DNA from: an uncultured delta proteobacterium
GTDB taxonomy: Bacteria; Desulfobacterota; BSN033; UBA1163
DNA length: 64,000 nt
Reading direction: 5' to 3'
Assembly (NCBI GenBank): GCA_963708295.1
Contig: CAVPSJ010000011.1
Location: 64,001 to 128,000 of the forward strand
Shown here in pieces: positions 17,014 to 29,700 of this stretch (positions are counted from its first letter, which is position 1; each line of letters starts with the position of its first letter). Made by a program: the position numbers and the translations under genes. Below the pieces are notes generated by a model. The model made no database searches. It had not been told where the DNA came from and saw nothing but the letters and a program-made list of their open reading frames with translations.

Positions 17014-18066
17014 ATGCTATCTCGTCAAGGTTTGATCCAAATTGACGGATCCTATGGGGAAGGTGGAGGACAGATCTTAAGGACGGCTCTGGGCCTTTCG
17101 GCTTTGCTGGGAAAACCGCTCGTCCTCCGCCACATCAGATCCAATAGAAGGAATCCTGGTCTGCAGGCCCAGCATTTAGCAGCGGTAGAAGCATTGGCAC
17201 GGATCACGGAAGCTCAAGCGGAAGGAGTGAAATTGGGATCACAAGAAATTATCTTCATTCCCCGAACAATTCGTTCGGGAGAATACCAGTTCGAGGTAAA
17301 AACAGCAGGGTCTGTCACCCTTCTCCTCCAGGCGGTTCTACTTCCTCTTTGCTTCTCAAAGGGGATTTCTATGATAACCTTGGTCGGAGGTACTCATGTT
17401 GAGTGGAGTCCTTCGTTTCATTATCTTTCTGAGGTTTTCTTGCCCACCCTAGAAAGGCTCGGAGTTTCTGTTGCGGCCTTTATTGAGAAGTGGGGATTCT
17501 ATCCCAAAGGAGGCGGCAGGATCCGATTGAAGATCAACCCTGTCCAAGAATTAAAACCAATCTCGTTGATGGATCGGGGTTCACTAGAGATGATTCGAGG
17601 GATTTCCGCCATCTCGGGTCTTCCCAAACACGTGGCAAAAAGACAGAAAGAGCAAATTCTGAAGAGACTTCAAGGAGAGCTGCACATCGGCGGAGAGATG
17701 GCCATTTTGGAAAATGTTCCTTCGAACGGACCGGGGGCATTTGTGTTTTTGTTAGCCGAGTATCAAGGGGTTCTTGCGGGTTTTTCATCTTTAGGCGTTA
17801 GAGGAAAGCCATCTGAGAAAGTGGCTGATGAGGCCGTAGATTGCTTGAAAGATTATCTGGAATCGGATGGTTGTGTCGACCCCCACTTAGCGGACCAGCT
17901 TGCGCCTTTCATGGCTTTGGCAAATGGCCATTCTTCCATCACCACAACGCGAATCACAGAACATCTTGTCACCAATCTATGGGTCATACAACATTTCTTG
18001 GATGTCACCATTTCGAGAGAGGGAGAAGTAGGGGCGGAAGGGAGAATTGAATTTCTCAATGAATAG
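17014..18066 (+). CDS. rtcA: RNA 3'-terminal phosphate cyclase
   Basis: IDGSYGEGGGQILR, GFYPKGGG, DPHLADQL, TEHLVTN. Confidence 0.95.
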   Translation: MLSRQGLIQIDGSYGEGGGQILRTALGLSALLGKPLVLRHIRSNRRNPGLQAQHLAAVEALARITEAQAEGVKLGSQEIIFIPRTIRSGEYQFEVKTAGSVTLLLQAVLLPLCFSKGISMITLVGGTHVEWSPSFHYLSEVFLPTLERLGVSVAAFIEKWGFYPKGGGRIRLKINPVQELKPISLMDRGSLEMIRGISAISGLPKHVAKRQKEQILKRLQGELHIGGEMAILENVPSNGPGAFVFLLAEYQGVLAGFSSLGVRGKPSEKVADEAVDCLKDYLESDGCVDPHLADQLAPFMALANGHSSITTTRITEHLVTNLWVIQHFLDVTISREGEVGAEGRIEFLNE

Positions 18067-18072
18067 AAAGAC

Positions 18073-18101
18073 TTGACTTCACTTTCTTGGCATATTAGAA
18101 T
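18073..18101 (+). promoter_or_regulatory. Sigma70-type promoter of hflX
   Basis: TTGACT-17 nt-TAGAAT, followed by AGGAGG at 18111. Confidence 0.65.
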
Positions 18102-18121
18102 CAATACAATAGGAGGCATAA

Positions 18122-19843
18122 ATTAACAGAGTCCACGGTAATATCTTCGGTCTAAAACCGAACCAAATCAAGAGAATCGAGCATATCTATCGAAGGAAAA
18201 TCCCTCCTCAGAAGGTGGTGACGCCTGAAATCGTTCACCTTCTCACTGAACTCTCAAACGAAATTAGACGCCAAGTCGGTATCCTCGTGGGCCGCAGAGG
18301 GTCCATCGAATTTGTTATCGTGGGAGACCAGAAAGGGATTACAATCCCAGATCTATCGCGTTTCAGATCTGGGATCCTAAGGCTGAGAGGTCTTCGCCTC
18401 ATTCATACTCACCTGCAAGGAGAGCCGTTGACAGGAGAAGATTTGACAGATCTTACACTTCTCAGACTGGATATGATCGTCGCCCTTATCGCCGACGGGA
18501 AGGGTTCTCCGGGACGTATCCATTCCGCCCACCTACTCCCCGATAACCCGGCCAAAAAGGTTTGGGAAGTTGAGCCCCCGTCATCTATGGGAGATTTGGA
18601 CTTCGATTTTTTGAAATGGATCCAATCCCTCGAAGATGAATTTCAGAGGGGGCAAAGATCGGTTCCTCTCAAAGGTGCCAAAGAGAAGGCCATCCTCATC
18701 AGTGTCAGCAGGGAAAGCCGTGAGAAACTAGAATACTCCATGGAGGAGTTAAAAGAACTGGCAGAGTCCAGTCGGGTATGTGTCGTAGATTCGATTATCC
18801 AGCGGCCTCAAAATATTTCTCCAACCACCCTGGTTGGAGAGGGGAAGCTAAAAGAATTGTTGGTCAAATGTATGCAATTGGGGGTTGACTTAATTATCTT
18901 TGACCAAAACCTATCTCCAGGGCAGATGGCGACCATTTCTGATTTGACCGAACTGAGAGTCCTTGATCGTACGCAACTTATTTTAGACATTTTTGCACAG
19001 CGCGCGCATACTTTGGAAGGGAAGATTCAAGTTGAACTGGCCCAATTGAAATATCTCCTTCCTCGGCTGGCAAGGAAGACATTAGCCCTTTCCCGCTTAA
19101 CGGGAGGAATCGGAGGCCGCGGGCCTGGAGAAACGAAACTGGAGATCGATCGGCGTCGAGTCGGGAAACGAATCCATTTCCTGGAGACGGAAATAGAGAA
19201 ATTGAGAAGGAGAAGGGAGCAGAGAAGATCCAGAAGAGCGAGGGCGGGAATCCCTATTCTTTCGATCATTGGATATACCAATGCCGGAAAATCTACCCTT
19301 TTCAACCTTATTACCAAAAGTCAGTTTCTTGTCGAGGATAAACTTTTTTCCACTCTTGATACGGCAACGCGGAGGCTAAGATTTCCCAAGATTCAAGAAA
19401 TGGTGATCACAGATACCGTTGGGTTGATCAAAGATTTGCCGAAGGATCTGCTGGGAGCCTTTCGACCGACTCTTGATGAGTTGAGAGAATCAACTCTATT
19501 AATCCATCTGATTGACATCAGCTCCCCTCGTTTTCCAGAACATATCGAGTCTGTTGAAAAGATTTTGTTTGAGTTAAGATTGGATCATATCCCGAGATTG
19601 CGGGTTTTTAATAAAGAAGATAAGGCGAGTTTCGAAGAAAGAGAAGCGATTTGCCAGAAGTATGCTGGCATCTCTATTTCCGCCCTTCGGCCGGAGAGTC
19701 TTGAGAAATTTTTTTGTGAGATCGATAAGAAATTGTGGGAAGTCGGGCTGACACTAACCCGAGAGAATCAAGCGACAAGTGGGATGGATAACGTGAGGTT
19801 GACAAATAAGGATTCCTTTGATATATCAAATCAAATTGGATAA
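18122..19843 (+). CDS. hflX: GTPase HflX, long form with N-terminal extension; probable ATT start
   Basis: GYTNAGKST, FSTLD, DTVG, NKED, RGPGETKLE. The open frame extends 31 codons upstream of GTG 18215 to ATT 18122, which follows AGGAGG. Confidence 0.93.
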   Translation: MNRVHGNIFGLKPNQIKRIEHIYRRKIPPQKVVTPEIVHLLTELSNEIRRQVGILVGRRGSIEFVIVGDQKGITIPDLSRFRSGILRLRGLRLIHTHLQGEPLTGEDLTDLTLLRLDMIVALIADGKGSPGRIHSAHLLPDNPAKKVWEVEPPSSMGDLDFDFLKWIQSLEDEFQRGQRSVPLKGAKEKAILISVSRESREKLEYSMEELKELAESSRVCVVDSIIQRPQNISPTTLVGEGKLKELLVKCMQLGVDLIIFDQNLSPGQMATISDLTELRVLDRTQLILDIFAQRAHTLEGKIQVELAQLKYLLPRLARKTLALSRLTGGIGGRGPGETKLEIDRRRVGKRIHFLETEIEKLRRRREQRRSRRARAGIPILSIIGYTNAGKSTLFNLITKSQFLVEDKLFSTLDTATRRLRFPKIQEMVITDTVGLIKDLPKDLLGAFRPTLDELRESTLLIHLIDISSPRFPEHIESVEKILFELRLDHIPRLRVFNKEDKASFEEREAICQKYAGISISALRPESLEKFFCEIDKKLWEVGLTLTRENQATSGMDNVRLTNKDSFDISNQIG

Positions 19844-21331
<1,488 letters not shown>

Positions 21332-21358
21332 CCCGGCGCTCACGAGAATCATTGTCTG

Positions 21359-23273
21359 ATGAAAAAAGCCATTTTTATCTTAATCATACTAATCCTGTCC
21401 CTTCTCTACTACCTGGGTGTACTGACGAACAGGGAAACCCTCCCATTTTCTAAGGAATTTTTTTCTGTCGAGAGCCCAGCTTCCTCCGATCGTCCTTGGA
21501 ATCTCGAAAGGGGTACTTCTCTTAACCAGAAAGAATTGAATCAACTCTACCAAGTGAAATTGGATAAAGGGTTTCAAAACGTACCGGTCCTCTCTTTCTT
21601 ATTGATAAGAGCATCCGAACAAGCCAGGAAGAAGGGAGACAATGACCAAGCCATTCAAATGGCGCATTCCTCCATAAAATTCTCGCCCGACCTGGCTCAG
21701 CCCCATTATGAACTGGGTCGAGACCTCTGGAATCAAAACCCTTTCCAACTCCACAAAATCCTCTCTGAGGTGTTTAAGGGGATAGCCGTAGAGTTCCAAT
21801 ATTACCCCAATTCCGTTAGACTTTTCTTTAATACATTCTATATTCTCTCTAATGCCATCCTCATGACGTTTATTGTCTTTGGCATCGTTGTCATGATCAA
21901 ATATCTCCCTCTCTATACCTACGATATTCGTAAGAATATGACCCAGGAGATTTTCAGACTGGTGATCAACAGCCTCAAAGTTCTTATCCTCTTCATCCCT
22001 TTCTTCTTGCGCCTGGATATCCTTTGGTCTATTTTCTTCTGGTTAGTTTTATTGTGGGGTTACGTATCCAAAGGAGAGAAACAGTTCATTCTTATCTTTC
22101 TCATCGTCTTGGTTTACCTTCCATTTTTCGTCCGCGACTCTTTTTCATTTCTCGGCGGGGCATCTTCGGATATTATTTTAGAACTGAATCAAACAAATCA
22201 TGAAAACTGGGGAAAGGAAACGGAAGGGAAATTGCGGACCTGGTTGGCAACCCACCCCCATGATCCTGAAGTTCTTTTTTCCCTGGGCCTGGCAGAAAAG
22301 AGACAGGGCCGTTATTCGGAAGCGGGTGAATTTTATAAAAGGGCAATTGAACAAGACCCCAAATTCAGCGAGGCATTCTCTAATCTGGGTAATGTTTTTT
22401 TGGCCCAAAAACAAACCACGCTCGCCATCGCTTCTTATCAACAAGCCATCGGCATCCATCCAGATCGAGGAGCTTACTATTACAATCTCTGGCGAGCCTA
22501 CTCACAGGAATCGTACCTATCCGGGAAGATCGATCAAGCGCTGCAAAGAGCGCAACAGCTCGATCCAGAACTCACCAGCTACTACTCAGTCATCGATTCT
22601 CCTAACTTAAACCGGCTGGTGATAGACGAAACCCTGACTTCTCAAAGATTCTGGAAGAGGTCTCTTGACCAACTCGTCGGAAGGGAAGGATTCTTATTCC
22701 CCCTGTTTAAGGCTTGGTTCGAAAAAACTCCATCGCGGGTTCCCTTTTTGACTCCTGTCTTGTTTCTCGGGTTTCTCATAGCGATGGCGAGGTATTGTCG
22801 GGCGAAGCGCTTTTTGACCCGATGCCCCATGTGTGGCAGTCCGACGTATCGGCTCTATTTAGGGACTTCTGACCAGGAGTTTATCTGTTTCAATTGCTAT
22901 CGCATGTTCATTCAAAAAGAAAAACTTCACACGAAGATCGTAGAAAAGAAATCTTTCCAAATCCAACAGTTCCAGAGGCAGAATGATCTGATTAGTAGGC
23001 TTCTATCCTTTTTTGTTGTCGGGTTCGGCTACCTCTGGAGGGAGCAGATCCTCAAAGGGCTTCTTGTCCTGTTGATCTTTTTTATCTTTATTTTAAGGTT
23101 TATCTATTGGGGTGGAGCGATCCCTTCCTCGTCCCCGCGATTGTCATTAAGCGGTATGGAGATGGATCTTGTGGGGAGGGCTTTTCTTTATTTTCTATAT
23201 CGTTCTCGCCCGACAGATCTATCGCCTCAAAGCAAGGTTTAAATCAGAAAAGGATCGATCAGCAAACCGATAG
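21359..23273 (+). CDS. Membrane TPR protein with a Zn-ribbon (CPMCG..CFNC); probable frameshift near 23150
   Basis: TM helices and TPR repeats. The ORF stops at 23242, but the shifted frame gives a TM helix WRWILWGGLFFIFYIVLA ending at 23273. Confidence 0.75.
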
Positions 23274-23360
23274 AATATTTTTTTCTTTCATGAGAGTCTG
23301 CCGCGACCATTGCAGTAGTATTTTTGTCTTGTTCGGCAATGAGAACGAAAGAGGAAGACC

Positions 23361-24473
23361 ATGGCCCTCCAGGGAACGCTAAAAGACTTCAGCATTACTG
23401 AGATCATTCAACTTATCGGCCAGCAGCTCAAAACAGGCGTTTTAAGAATCCGTCGAGGGAAGGACCTCGTGGAGATTCATTTCGTCGATGGAATGATCGT
23501 CCATGTCTATTCGAACTATCGCGGGAAGAAAGACCTCATCGGTGAGATACTGGTGAAGGCCGAGTTAATCACCCAGGAGCAACTGGACCGCGTCTTAAAA
23601 ATTCAAAAAGAGTCCCTCAAGTACCTGGGTGAGATCCTCGTGGAACTTCAACTCCTGACGAAGGACGACGTGCTTAAGGTGATTTCAACTCAGATCTATG
23701 AGACCATTTATGAACTGTTTTGGTGGGATGACGGTCAGTTTAACTTTGATTTGAAATTGGTGGAGAGTTACAAGAAGATCCCCTTTGCCTTGAGCACGGA
23801 GCAGGTGCTACTGAACATCCTGCGTATGGTAGATGAGTGGTCCGAGATTGAAAAAAAGATTTATTCCCCCCACTTGGTATTTAAAAGGGCTCTCAAGGTT
23901 GAGGAGAAATCAGGCGATGGACTCCCTTCTCAAAGCTATTTGAAGGAGAAGCTGACCTCTGAACAGGAATTGATTTACAACCTGGTGGAGGGGACCCGGA
24001 CGGTTCAGGACATTATTGATCGGAGTCTTTTAGGAAAATTTAACGCGAGCGAAATTTTGGTCGACCTCTCCGGCATGGGTCTGATCGAAATGGGCGAGAT
24101 CCGAACTCCTGGGATCATCAAGAAAGTCAGGATGGTCAATTTCAGGAGGGTTTTAACGTTTACGTATTATGGCGTTTTTTTGCTTTTTATATTCCTCGTT
24201 CTTTTCTATTTTAGGCCCAGTTTCTTGCGTCACCTCTGGGATTCAAAGATCGATCGAGCGGATATAGACGTCCCCGTGCAGTTGGTCCATAAGACGCAAC
24301 TGGATCGAATCAAGAATGCACTGGAAATCTACTTCTTGGAGAAGGGACAATATCCTTCTCGTCTTGAAGAATTGATTGCAGCAAGACTTCTGCAAAAAAG
24401 CGACCTTTTTTATCGCAAAGGGGCATCCTATCAATATGAATTAAAGGACGGAAAATATTTGTTGAAGCATTGA
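23361..24473 (+). CDS. DUF4388 (PATAN-like) + MshEN-like + TM + GspG/pilin-like domain protein
   Basis: [24 protein letters not shown]; [22 protein letters not shown]; C-terminal [13 protein letters not shown]. Confidence 0.8.
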   Translation: MALQGTLKDFSITEIIQLIGQQLKTGVLRIRRGKDLVEIHFVDGMIVHVYSNYRGKKDLIGEILVKAELITQEQLDRVLKIQKESLKYLGEILVELQLLTKDDVLKVISTQIYETIYELFWWDDGQFNFDLKLVESYKKIPFALSTEQVLLNILRMVDEWSEIEKKIYSPHLVFKRALKVEEKSGDGLPSQSYLKEKLTSEQELIYNLVEGTRTVQDIIDRSLLGKFNASEILVDLSGMGLIEMGEIRTPGIIKKVRMVNFRRVLTFTYYGVFLLFIFLVLFYFRPSFLRHLWDSKIDRADIDVPVQLVHKTQLDRIKNALEIYFLEKGQYPSRLEELIAARLLQKSDLFYRKGASYQYELKDGKYLLKH

Positions 24474-24534
24474 GAGCAGATTAGTCCTATTTATCCTCCT
24501 TTCCATCCTTTTCTCGACCTGGATACAAAGAAAA

Positions 24535-26094
24535 ATGAAGAAGCGAGTTCATTTCGACAATATTCTCATTCTCGATTTCGGTTCCCAGTATACTCAACTC
24601 ATTGCCAGAAGGGTTAGGGAATGTGGGGTTTATAGTGAAATTCACCCCTACAACACTCCTCCTGAAAAAATAGAATCCTTCTCTCCGAAGGGGATTATAC
24701 TATCGGGAGGACCGGCAAGCGTGTACGAGAAGAAAGCTCCCCTCTGCGATCCTTCTATTTTGAGGATGAATATCCCCATCTTGGGCATCTGCTACGGCAT
24801 GCAATTGATCGCCCAATTATTCGGGGGGGAAGTTGCCCGTTCGGACAAAAGGGAATATGGGAAAGCCAGACTCACTCTAAACCGGGAGGGAGGATTATTT
24901 CGGGGGCTGGGGACAAAAGGAAGCCGACTGGTCGTGTGGATGAGCCATGGGGACTCCGTCAAGGCATTGCCTCCGGGATTTCATGCCATCGCTCATTCGA
25001 GAAATACGCCCTATGCAGCGATTGAAGAACCCCAGCGAAGAATCTATGGACTCCAATTCCACCCCGAGGTGGTTCATACTCAAAGGGGGCTCGACCTCAT
25101 CAAGAATTTTCTTTTTGAGATATGCGATTGTTCCAACCTCTGGACAATGGAGTCTTTCCTGGAGCAAACCAGCCGTAGCCTTAGAAAGAAGATTGAAAGA
25201 GGCAAAGTCATCTGTGCCTTGAGTGGTGGGGTTGATTCCACCGTTGTGGCCCTTCTGCTCCATCAGGCCATCGGGGACCGTCTACAATGCATCTTTGTGA
25301 ACAACGGTCTTTTGAGAAAAAATGAGGCGGTTCAGGTAGTGAATTTATTTCGCTATCATTTTAAAATACCGTTGATCTCTGTCAATGCTGGAAGGGCCTT
25401 CCTGAAAAGGCTGGAAGGGGTAGTCGACCCAGAAGAGAAAAGAAAGAAGATCGGAAAACAATTTATTGCCACCTTTGAAAGAGAAGCCAGGAAGATTGGG
25501 GGTGTCGAATACCTCGCTCAGGGAACCCTTTATCCTGATGTGATCGAAAGCATCTCCGCAAAAGGCCCCTCGGCGACGATCAAGAGCCATCACAACGTCG
25601 GAGGATTACCCGAGAGGATGAAGTTAACGTTGGTGGAACCCCTTCGCGAGTTATTTAAAGACGAAGTGAGACAACTCGGCAAGGTATTAGGCCTGCCTGA
25701 TGAAATCATAAACCGCCAACCGTTCCCAGGGCCGGGCCTCGCGATCCGGATTATCGGGGAGGTGAATGAACAGAGGTTGGAAATGTTGAGAGATGCCGAT
25801 GAGATTGTCATGAGCGAGATGGAGAGAAGTCGGGTGATGAATCGGGTTTGGCAGTCGTTCGCAGTATTACTTCCCGTGAAGACGGTAGGTGTCATGGGAG
25901 ATGAAAGGACGTATGAGAATGTGGTTGCCCTGAGGGTGGTAGGAAGCCAGGATGGCATGACTGCAGATTGGATCAGACTGCCCTATAAAATCTTGGAACG
26001 CGTCTCCAATCGGATTATCAACGAAGTAAAAGGGGTCAACCGGGTGGTCTATGACATTAGCTCCAAACCTCCCAGCACCATCGAATGGGAATAA
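24535..26094 (+). CDS. guaA: GMP synthase (glutamine-hydrolyzing)
   Basis: [42 protein letters not shown]. Confidence 0.98.
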   Translation: MKKRVHFDNILILDFGSQYTQLIARRVRECGVYSEIHPYNTPPEKIESFSPKGIILSGGPASVYEKKAPLCDPSILRMNIPILGICYGMQLIAQLFGGEVARSDKREYGKARLTLNREGGLFRGLGTKGSRLVVWMSHGDSVKALPPGFHAIAHSRNTPYAAIEEPQRRIYGLQFHPEVVHTQRGLDLIKNFLFEICDCSNLWTMESFLEQTSRSLRKKIERGKVICALSGGVDSTVVALLLHQAIGDRLQCIFVNNGLLRKNEAVQVVNLFRYHFKIPLISVNAGRAFLKRLEGVVDPEEKRKKIGKQFIATFEREARKIGGVEYLAQGTLYPDVIESISAKGPSATIKSHHNVGGLPERMKLTLVEPLRELFKDEVRQLGKVLGLPDEIINRQPFPGPGLAIRIIGEVNEQRLEMLRDADEIVMSEMERSRVMNRVWQSFAVLLPVKTVGVMGDERTYENVVALRVVGSQDGMTADWIRLPYKILERVSNRIINEVKGVNRVVYDISSKPPSTIEWE

Positions 26095-26103
26095 AGGGGG
26101 AGG

Positions 26104-26234
26104 AAATCCACACATTTCAACATCTCCCGCTAAAGCGGGATCAAAGGAATGTCAATATTCAAAGTTAAGACTCTAACTCTTGAGGTTTTGATCTGATTTG
26201 ATATTTGTCATTTGAGTTTTGACATTGGGATTCT
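26104..26234. repeat. Second copy of the intergenic inverted-repeat element
   Basis: aaatcc...tcccgctaaagcggga-tcaaaggaatgtcaa...tttgatatttgtcatttgagttttgacattgggatt; aligns with 91-158 and 296-350. Confidence 0.55.
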
Positions 26235-26238
26235 TGCT

Positions 26239-29200
26239 ATGGAACATTCTGATTTTGTCCACCTCCATGTTCACAGTCAGTATAGTTTATTGGACGGAGC
26301 CATTCGCTTTGAAGAGGCCTTCAATTTAGCTAAGAAATATCGGATGAACGCCCTCGCACTTACCGATCACGGAAATATGTTCGGGGCAGCCGAATTTTAT
26401 CAGCTGGCGATCAAGCACGGCATTAAGCCCATCGTAGGATGTGAGATGTATGTTTCTTCCGGAAGTCGACTTGAGAAAAAAACTGGAGGTGGAGAAGGAA
26501 ACTATCATCTCACTCTTTTGGTCAAAAATGAGACGGGTTATTACAATCTTCTGAAATTGGTCAGTCTTGCCCATCTTGAAGGGTTTTATTATAAGCCGAG
26601 GATCGATAAAGCGCTCCTCAGTCAGTATAACGAGGGGCTGATTGCGCTGAGCGGATGCCTGAAGGGAGAGGTTGCTTCCCATGCCAGTCGGGGAGAGATG
26701 AAGAAAGCTCTTCAATCGGCAGAAGATTATGGAAAGATTTTTGCCGACCGTCGGTTCTTTATCGAGATTCAGAAGAATGGAGTCGAAAAACAGTCGCAGG
26801 TGAATGAGCGTCTCCTGGAAATCGGCCATCAACTGTCTCTTCCGGCGGTCGCCACAAACGACTGTCATTACCTACACCGAAAGGATGCCAAGGCCCACGA
26901 GGTCCTTCTCTGCATTCAGACAGGGAAGACGCTCCAGGATAACGATCGAATGAGATTTCCCTCCGATGAGTTCTATTTCAAATCACCTGAGGAAATGGCT
27001 GGTCTTTTTCGGAACGTTCCTGGAGCAATCGCCCATACGGGTGAGATCGCAGAACAATGCAATCTTGAAATGCGTTTCGATGAGAAACATATTCCAAGAA
27101 TCGCTGTCCCGACCGGAGATACGGCTGAAAGTTACCTGGAAAAGCTGGCCAGGGAAGGGTTGGAGCGTCGCCTTTCCCGCTACCAGGGCGAGGGGGATTT
27201 CAAAGATCGCTTGGCGCGTTATAGGGCTCGCCTCGAGGAAGAGCTCAAGATCATCAAGTCGATGGGCTATCCGGGTTACTTTCTTATCGTTTATGATTTT
27301 ATCCACTATGCCAAAAGCCATCAGATTCCCGTGGGCCCTGGAAGGGGATCGGCAGCTGGAAGTTTGGTGGCTTACGCCTTGAACATCACCGACTTGGATC
27401 CGATAGAATATGATTTGATCTTTGAACGCTTCTTGAATCCTGGTCGGAAAAACAGCATGCCCGATGTGGATGTGGATTTTTGCATGGAAGGAAGAGACGA
27501 AGTTATCCGATACGTGTCGGAGAAGTATGGGAAAGAGAATGTGGCCCAGATCATCACCTTCGGAAAAATGCAGGCGAAAGCAGTTGTTCGGGATGTGGGC
27601 CGCGTTCTTGGGATTCCCTACGCAGAAGTTGATCGAATTGCAAAACTCATTCCGAACAAGATCGATATTACCCTTGCCCTCGCGTTGCAGCAAGAAGCAG
27701 GGCTTAGAGAGGCGATTGCGAAAGATACTCGAATCGCTTCCCTCTTCGAAATTGCGGAGTCCTTAGAGGGTCTGGCCCGTCATGCCTCCACTCACGCCGC
27801 GGGGGTCGTGATCGCGAATAAACCATTAATGGAATATCTTCCACTCCAGCGAGGCCAGAACAGCGAGGTCGTCACCCAATATGCGATGAAACAGGTAGAG
27901 GCCATCGGGTTGGTTAAATTCGATTTTTTGGGGCTGAAAACCCTGACCGTTGTGGACCAGACGATTCATCAGATTGAAAAAAACCGGGGGATCAAGGTTG
28001 AGCTCGTCGAGATTCCATTGGATGATTCAGAAGTTTATGCCGTTCTTGGAGCCGGGTCGAATCTAGGGATCTTCCAGCTGGAAAGCTCAGGGATGCGAGA
28101 TCTGCTGATTAAGCTCAAGCCACAGAGTTTTAAAGATATTATCGCCCTGGTAGCGCTTTATCGGCCAGGCCCTCTGGATAGCGGAATGGTGGGCGAATTT
28201 ATAAAACGGAAACATGGTCAAGAGTCGATACGCTATGAACTACCGGCCTTGGAAGAGATCCTGAGGGAGACCTACGGCGTTATTGTCTATCAGGAGCAAG
28301 TGATGCGCATTGCCAGTGCCTTGGCACATTTTAGCCTCGAAGATGCGGATAACCTTCGAAGAGCGATGGCCAAAAAAGACGCCCTTGAGATGGAGAGGCA
28401 GAAAGAGAAGTTCCTCGAAGGAACCAAAAAGAATAGGATCCCCTCCAAGAAGGCGGAGAAGATTTTTGAGCAGATGGAGACTTTCGGTCGGTATGGGTTT
28501 AACAAATCCCATAGCACGGCCTATGCTCTTCTCGCTTACCAGACCGCCTATCTGAAAACTCATTATCCGATCGAATTTATGGCGGCGCTGCTTACGAGTG
28601 AAGCACAGAATGCGGATAAGATTGTCAGATATATTTCTGAATGTCGTGAGATGAGAATTGAGATTTTGCCCCCTGATGTCAATGAGAGCTTTAAACATTT
28701 TGCAGTGATTGGAAATCAGATTCGATTTGGTTTGACGGCGGTGAAGAATGTCGGGGATGCGGCCATTGACATCATTTTGGCGGAGCGAGAGGGCAATGGC
28801 AAGTTTCAATCCCTGTACGATTTCTGTCAACGCGTCGACCTGAGAAAAGTCAACCGACGCGTGATTGAAAGTCTGATTAAATGCGGAGCTTTTGATTTTT
28901 CGAAAGCTCATCGATCGCAAATGCTGACGGTCATGGGAGAACTCCTTGAGCAGTCCCAGCGGACCCAGAAGAAGAAGGGCGAACCTCAGCTGAGCATGCT
29001 CGTCGATCACTCGAGGGCCTTCGAGGAAGATTACCCGGACATTGATGAATTTCCAGAGAATCAACTGGTCGCTTTTGAGAAGGAAACAATCGGATTCTAT
29101 CTTTCCCGACATCCCCTATCACACTATGAGGACGAAATTAGAAAGCATACGGATCTGGACACTTCTACTCTTCCAAAACTTCAAAATGGAGCCGAGGTCA

Positions 29201-29688
29201 AGATCTGCGGGCTCATCAACGGGTTGAAAGAGATCGTTACCAAGAAAGGGGATCGGATGGGATTCTTAACCCTGGAGGACATGAAGGGATTTGTGGAGGT
29301 GATTCTTTTCCCCGAGGTCTTTAAGGCGGCTTTGCCCTGCTTGCGAAGTGGAGAACCTCTTCTCGTCAGGGGAATCCTTGATCTATCCGAAGACCACGTT
29401 AAGATAAGGGGGATAGGCGTTCATTCTCTTCCGGAGTTGCCCTCATTGCCTAACAAGCCCCTCCATGTGAAAATACCCATCTCTTCATTAGCTGCCTCTC
29501 AACTCACGGATTTGAGAGACATTATTGTCGCAAACCGGGGACCCTCCAGAGTCCTTCTTCACTTTGTGGGCGGAAACCACCGGGAAGTCGTTGTCGCCCT
29601 GTCCGATCAATATACGGTCGACCCATCCCAGGATTTTAGGAACCATGTTCAGAATGTTTTTAAGTCTGCACTCATTTCCTTAGAATAA
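26239..29688 (+). CDS. dnaE: DNA polymerase III alpha subunit
   Basis: FVHLHVHSQYSLLDG, GPGRGSAAGS, PDVDVDF, YGFNKSH; C-terminal OB fold. Confidence 0.98.
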   Translation: MEHSDFVHLHVHSQYSLLDGAIRFEEAFNLAKKYRMNALALTDHGNMFGAAEFYQLAIKHGIKPIVGCEMYVSSGSRLEKKTGGGEGNYHLTLLVKNETGYYNLLKLVSLAHLEGFYYKPRIDKALLSQYNEGLIALSGCLKGEVASHASRGEMKKALQSAEDYGKIFADRRFFIEIQKNGVEKQSQVNERLLEIGHQLSLPAVATNDCHYLHRKDAKAHEVLLCIQTGKTLQDNDRMRFPSDEFYFKSPEEMAGLFRNVPGAIAHTGEIAEQCNLEMRFDEKHIPRIAVPTGDTAESYLEKLAREGLERRLSRYQGEGDFKDRLARYRARLEEELKIIKSMGYPGYFLIVYDFIHYAKSHQIPVGPGRGSAAGSLVAYALNITDLDPIEYDLIFERFLNPGRKNSMPDVDVDFCMEGRDEVIRYVSEKYGKENVAQIITFGKMQAKAVVRDVGRVLGIPYAEVDRIAKLIPNKIDITLALALQQEAGLREAIAKDTRIASLFEIAESLEGLARHASTHAAGVVIANKPLMEYLPLQRGQNSEVVTQYAMKQVEAIGLVKFDFLGLKTLTVVDQTIHQIEKNRGIKVELVEIPLDDSEVYAVLGAGSNLGIFQLESSGMRDLLIKLKPQSFKDIIALVALYRPGPLDSGMVGEFIKRKHGQESIRYELPALEEILRETYGVIVYQEQVMRIASALAHFSLEDADNLRRAMAKKDALEMERQKEKFLEGTKKNRIPSKKAEKIFEQMETFGRYGFNKSHSTAYALLAYQTAYLKTHYPIEFMAALLTSEAQNADKIVRYISECREMRIEILPPDVNESFKHFAVIGNQIRFGLTAVKNVGDAAIDIILAEREGNGKFQSLYDFCQRVDLRKVNRRVIESLIKCGAFDFSKAHRSQMLTVMGELLEQSQRTQKKKGEPQLSMLVDHSRAFEEDYPDIDEFPENQLVAFEKETIGFYLSRHPLSHYEDEIRKHTDLDTSTLPKLQNGAEVKICGLINGLKEIVTKKGDRMGFLTLEDMKGFVEVILFPEVFKAALPCLRSGEPLLVRGILDLSEDHVKIRGIGVHSLPELPSLPNKPLHVKIPISSLAASQLTDLRDIIVANRGPSRVLLHFVGGNHREVVVALSDQYTVDPSQDFRNHVQNVFKSALISLE

Positions 29689-29700
29689 GCGGGGAGCCAG

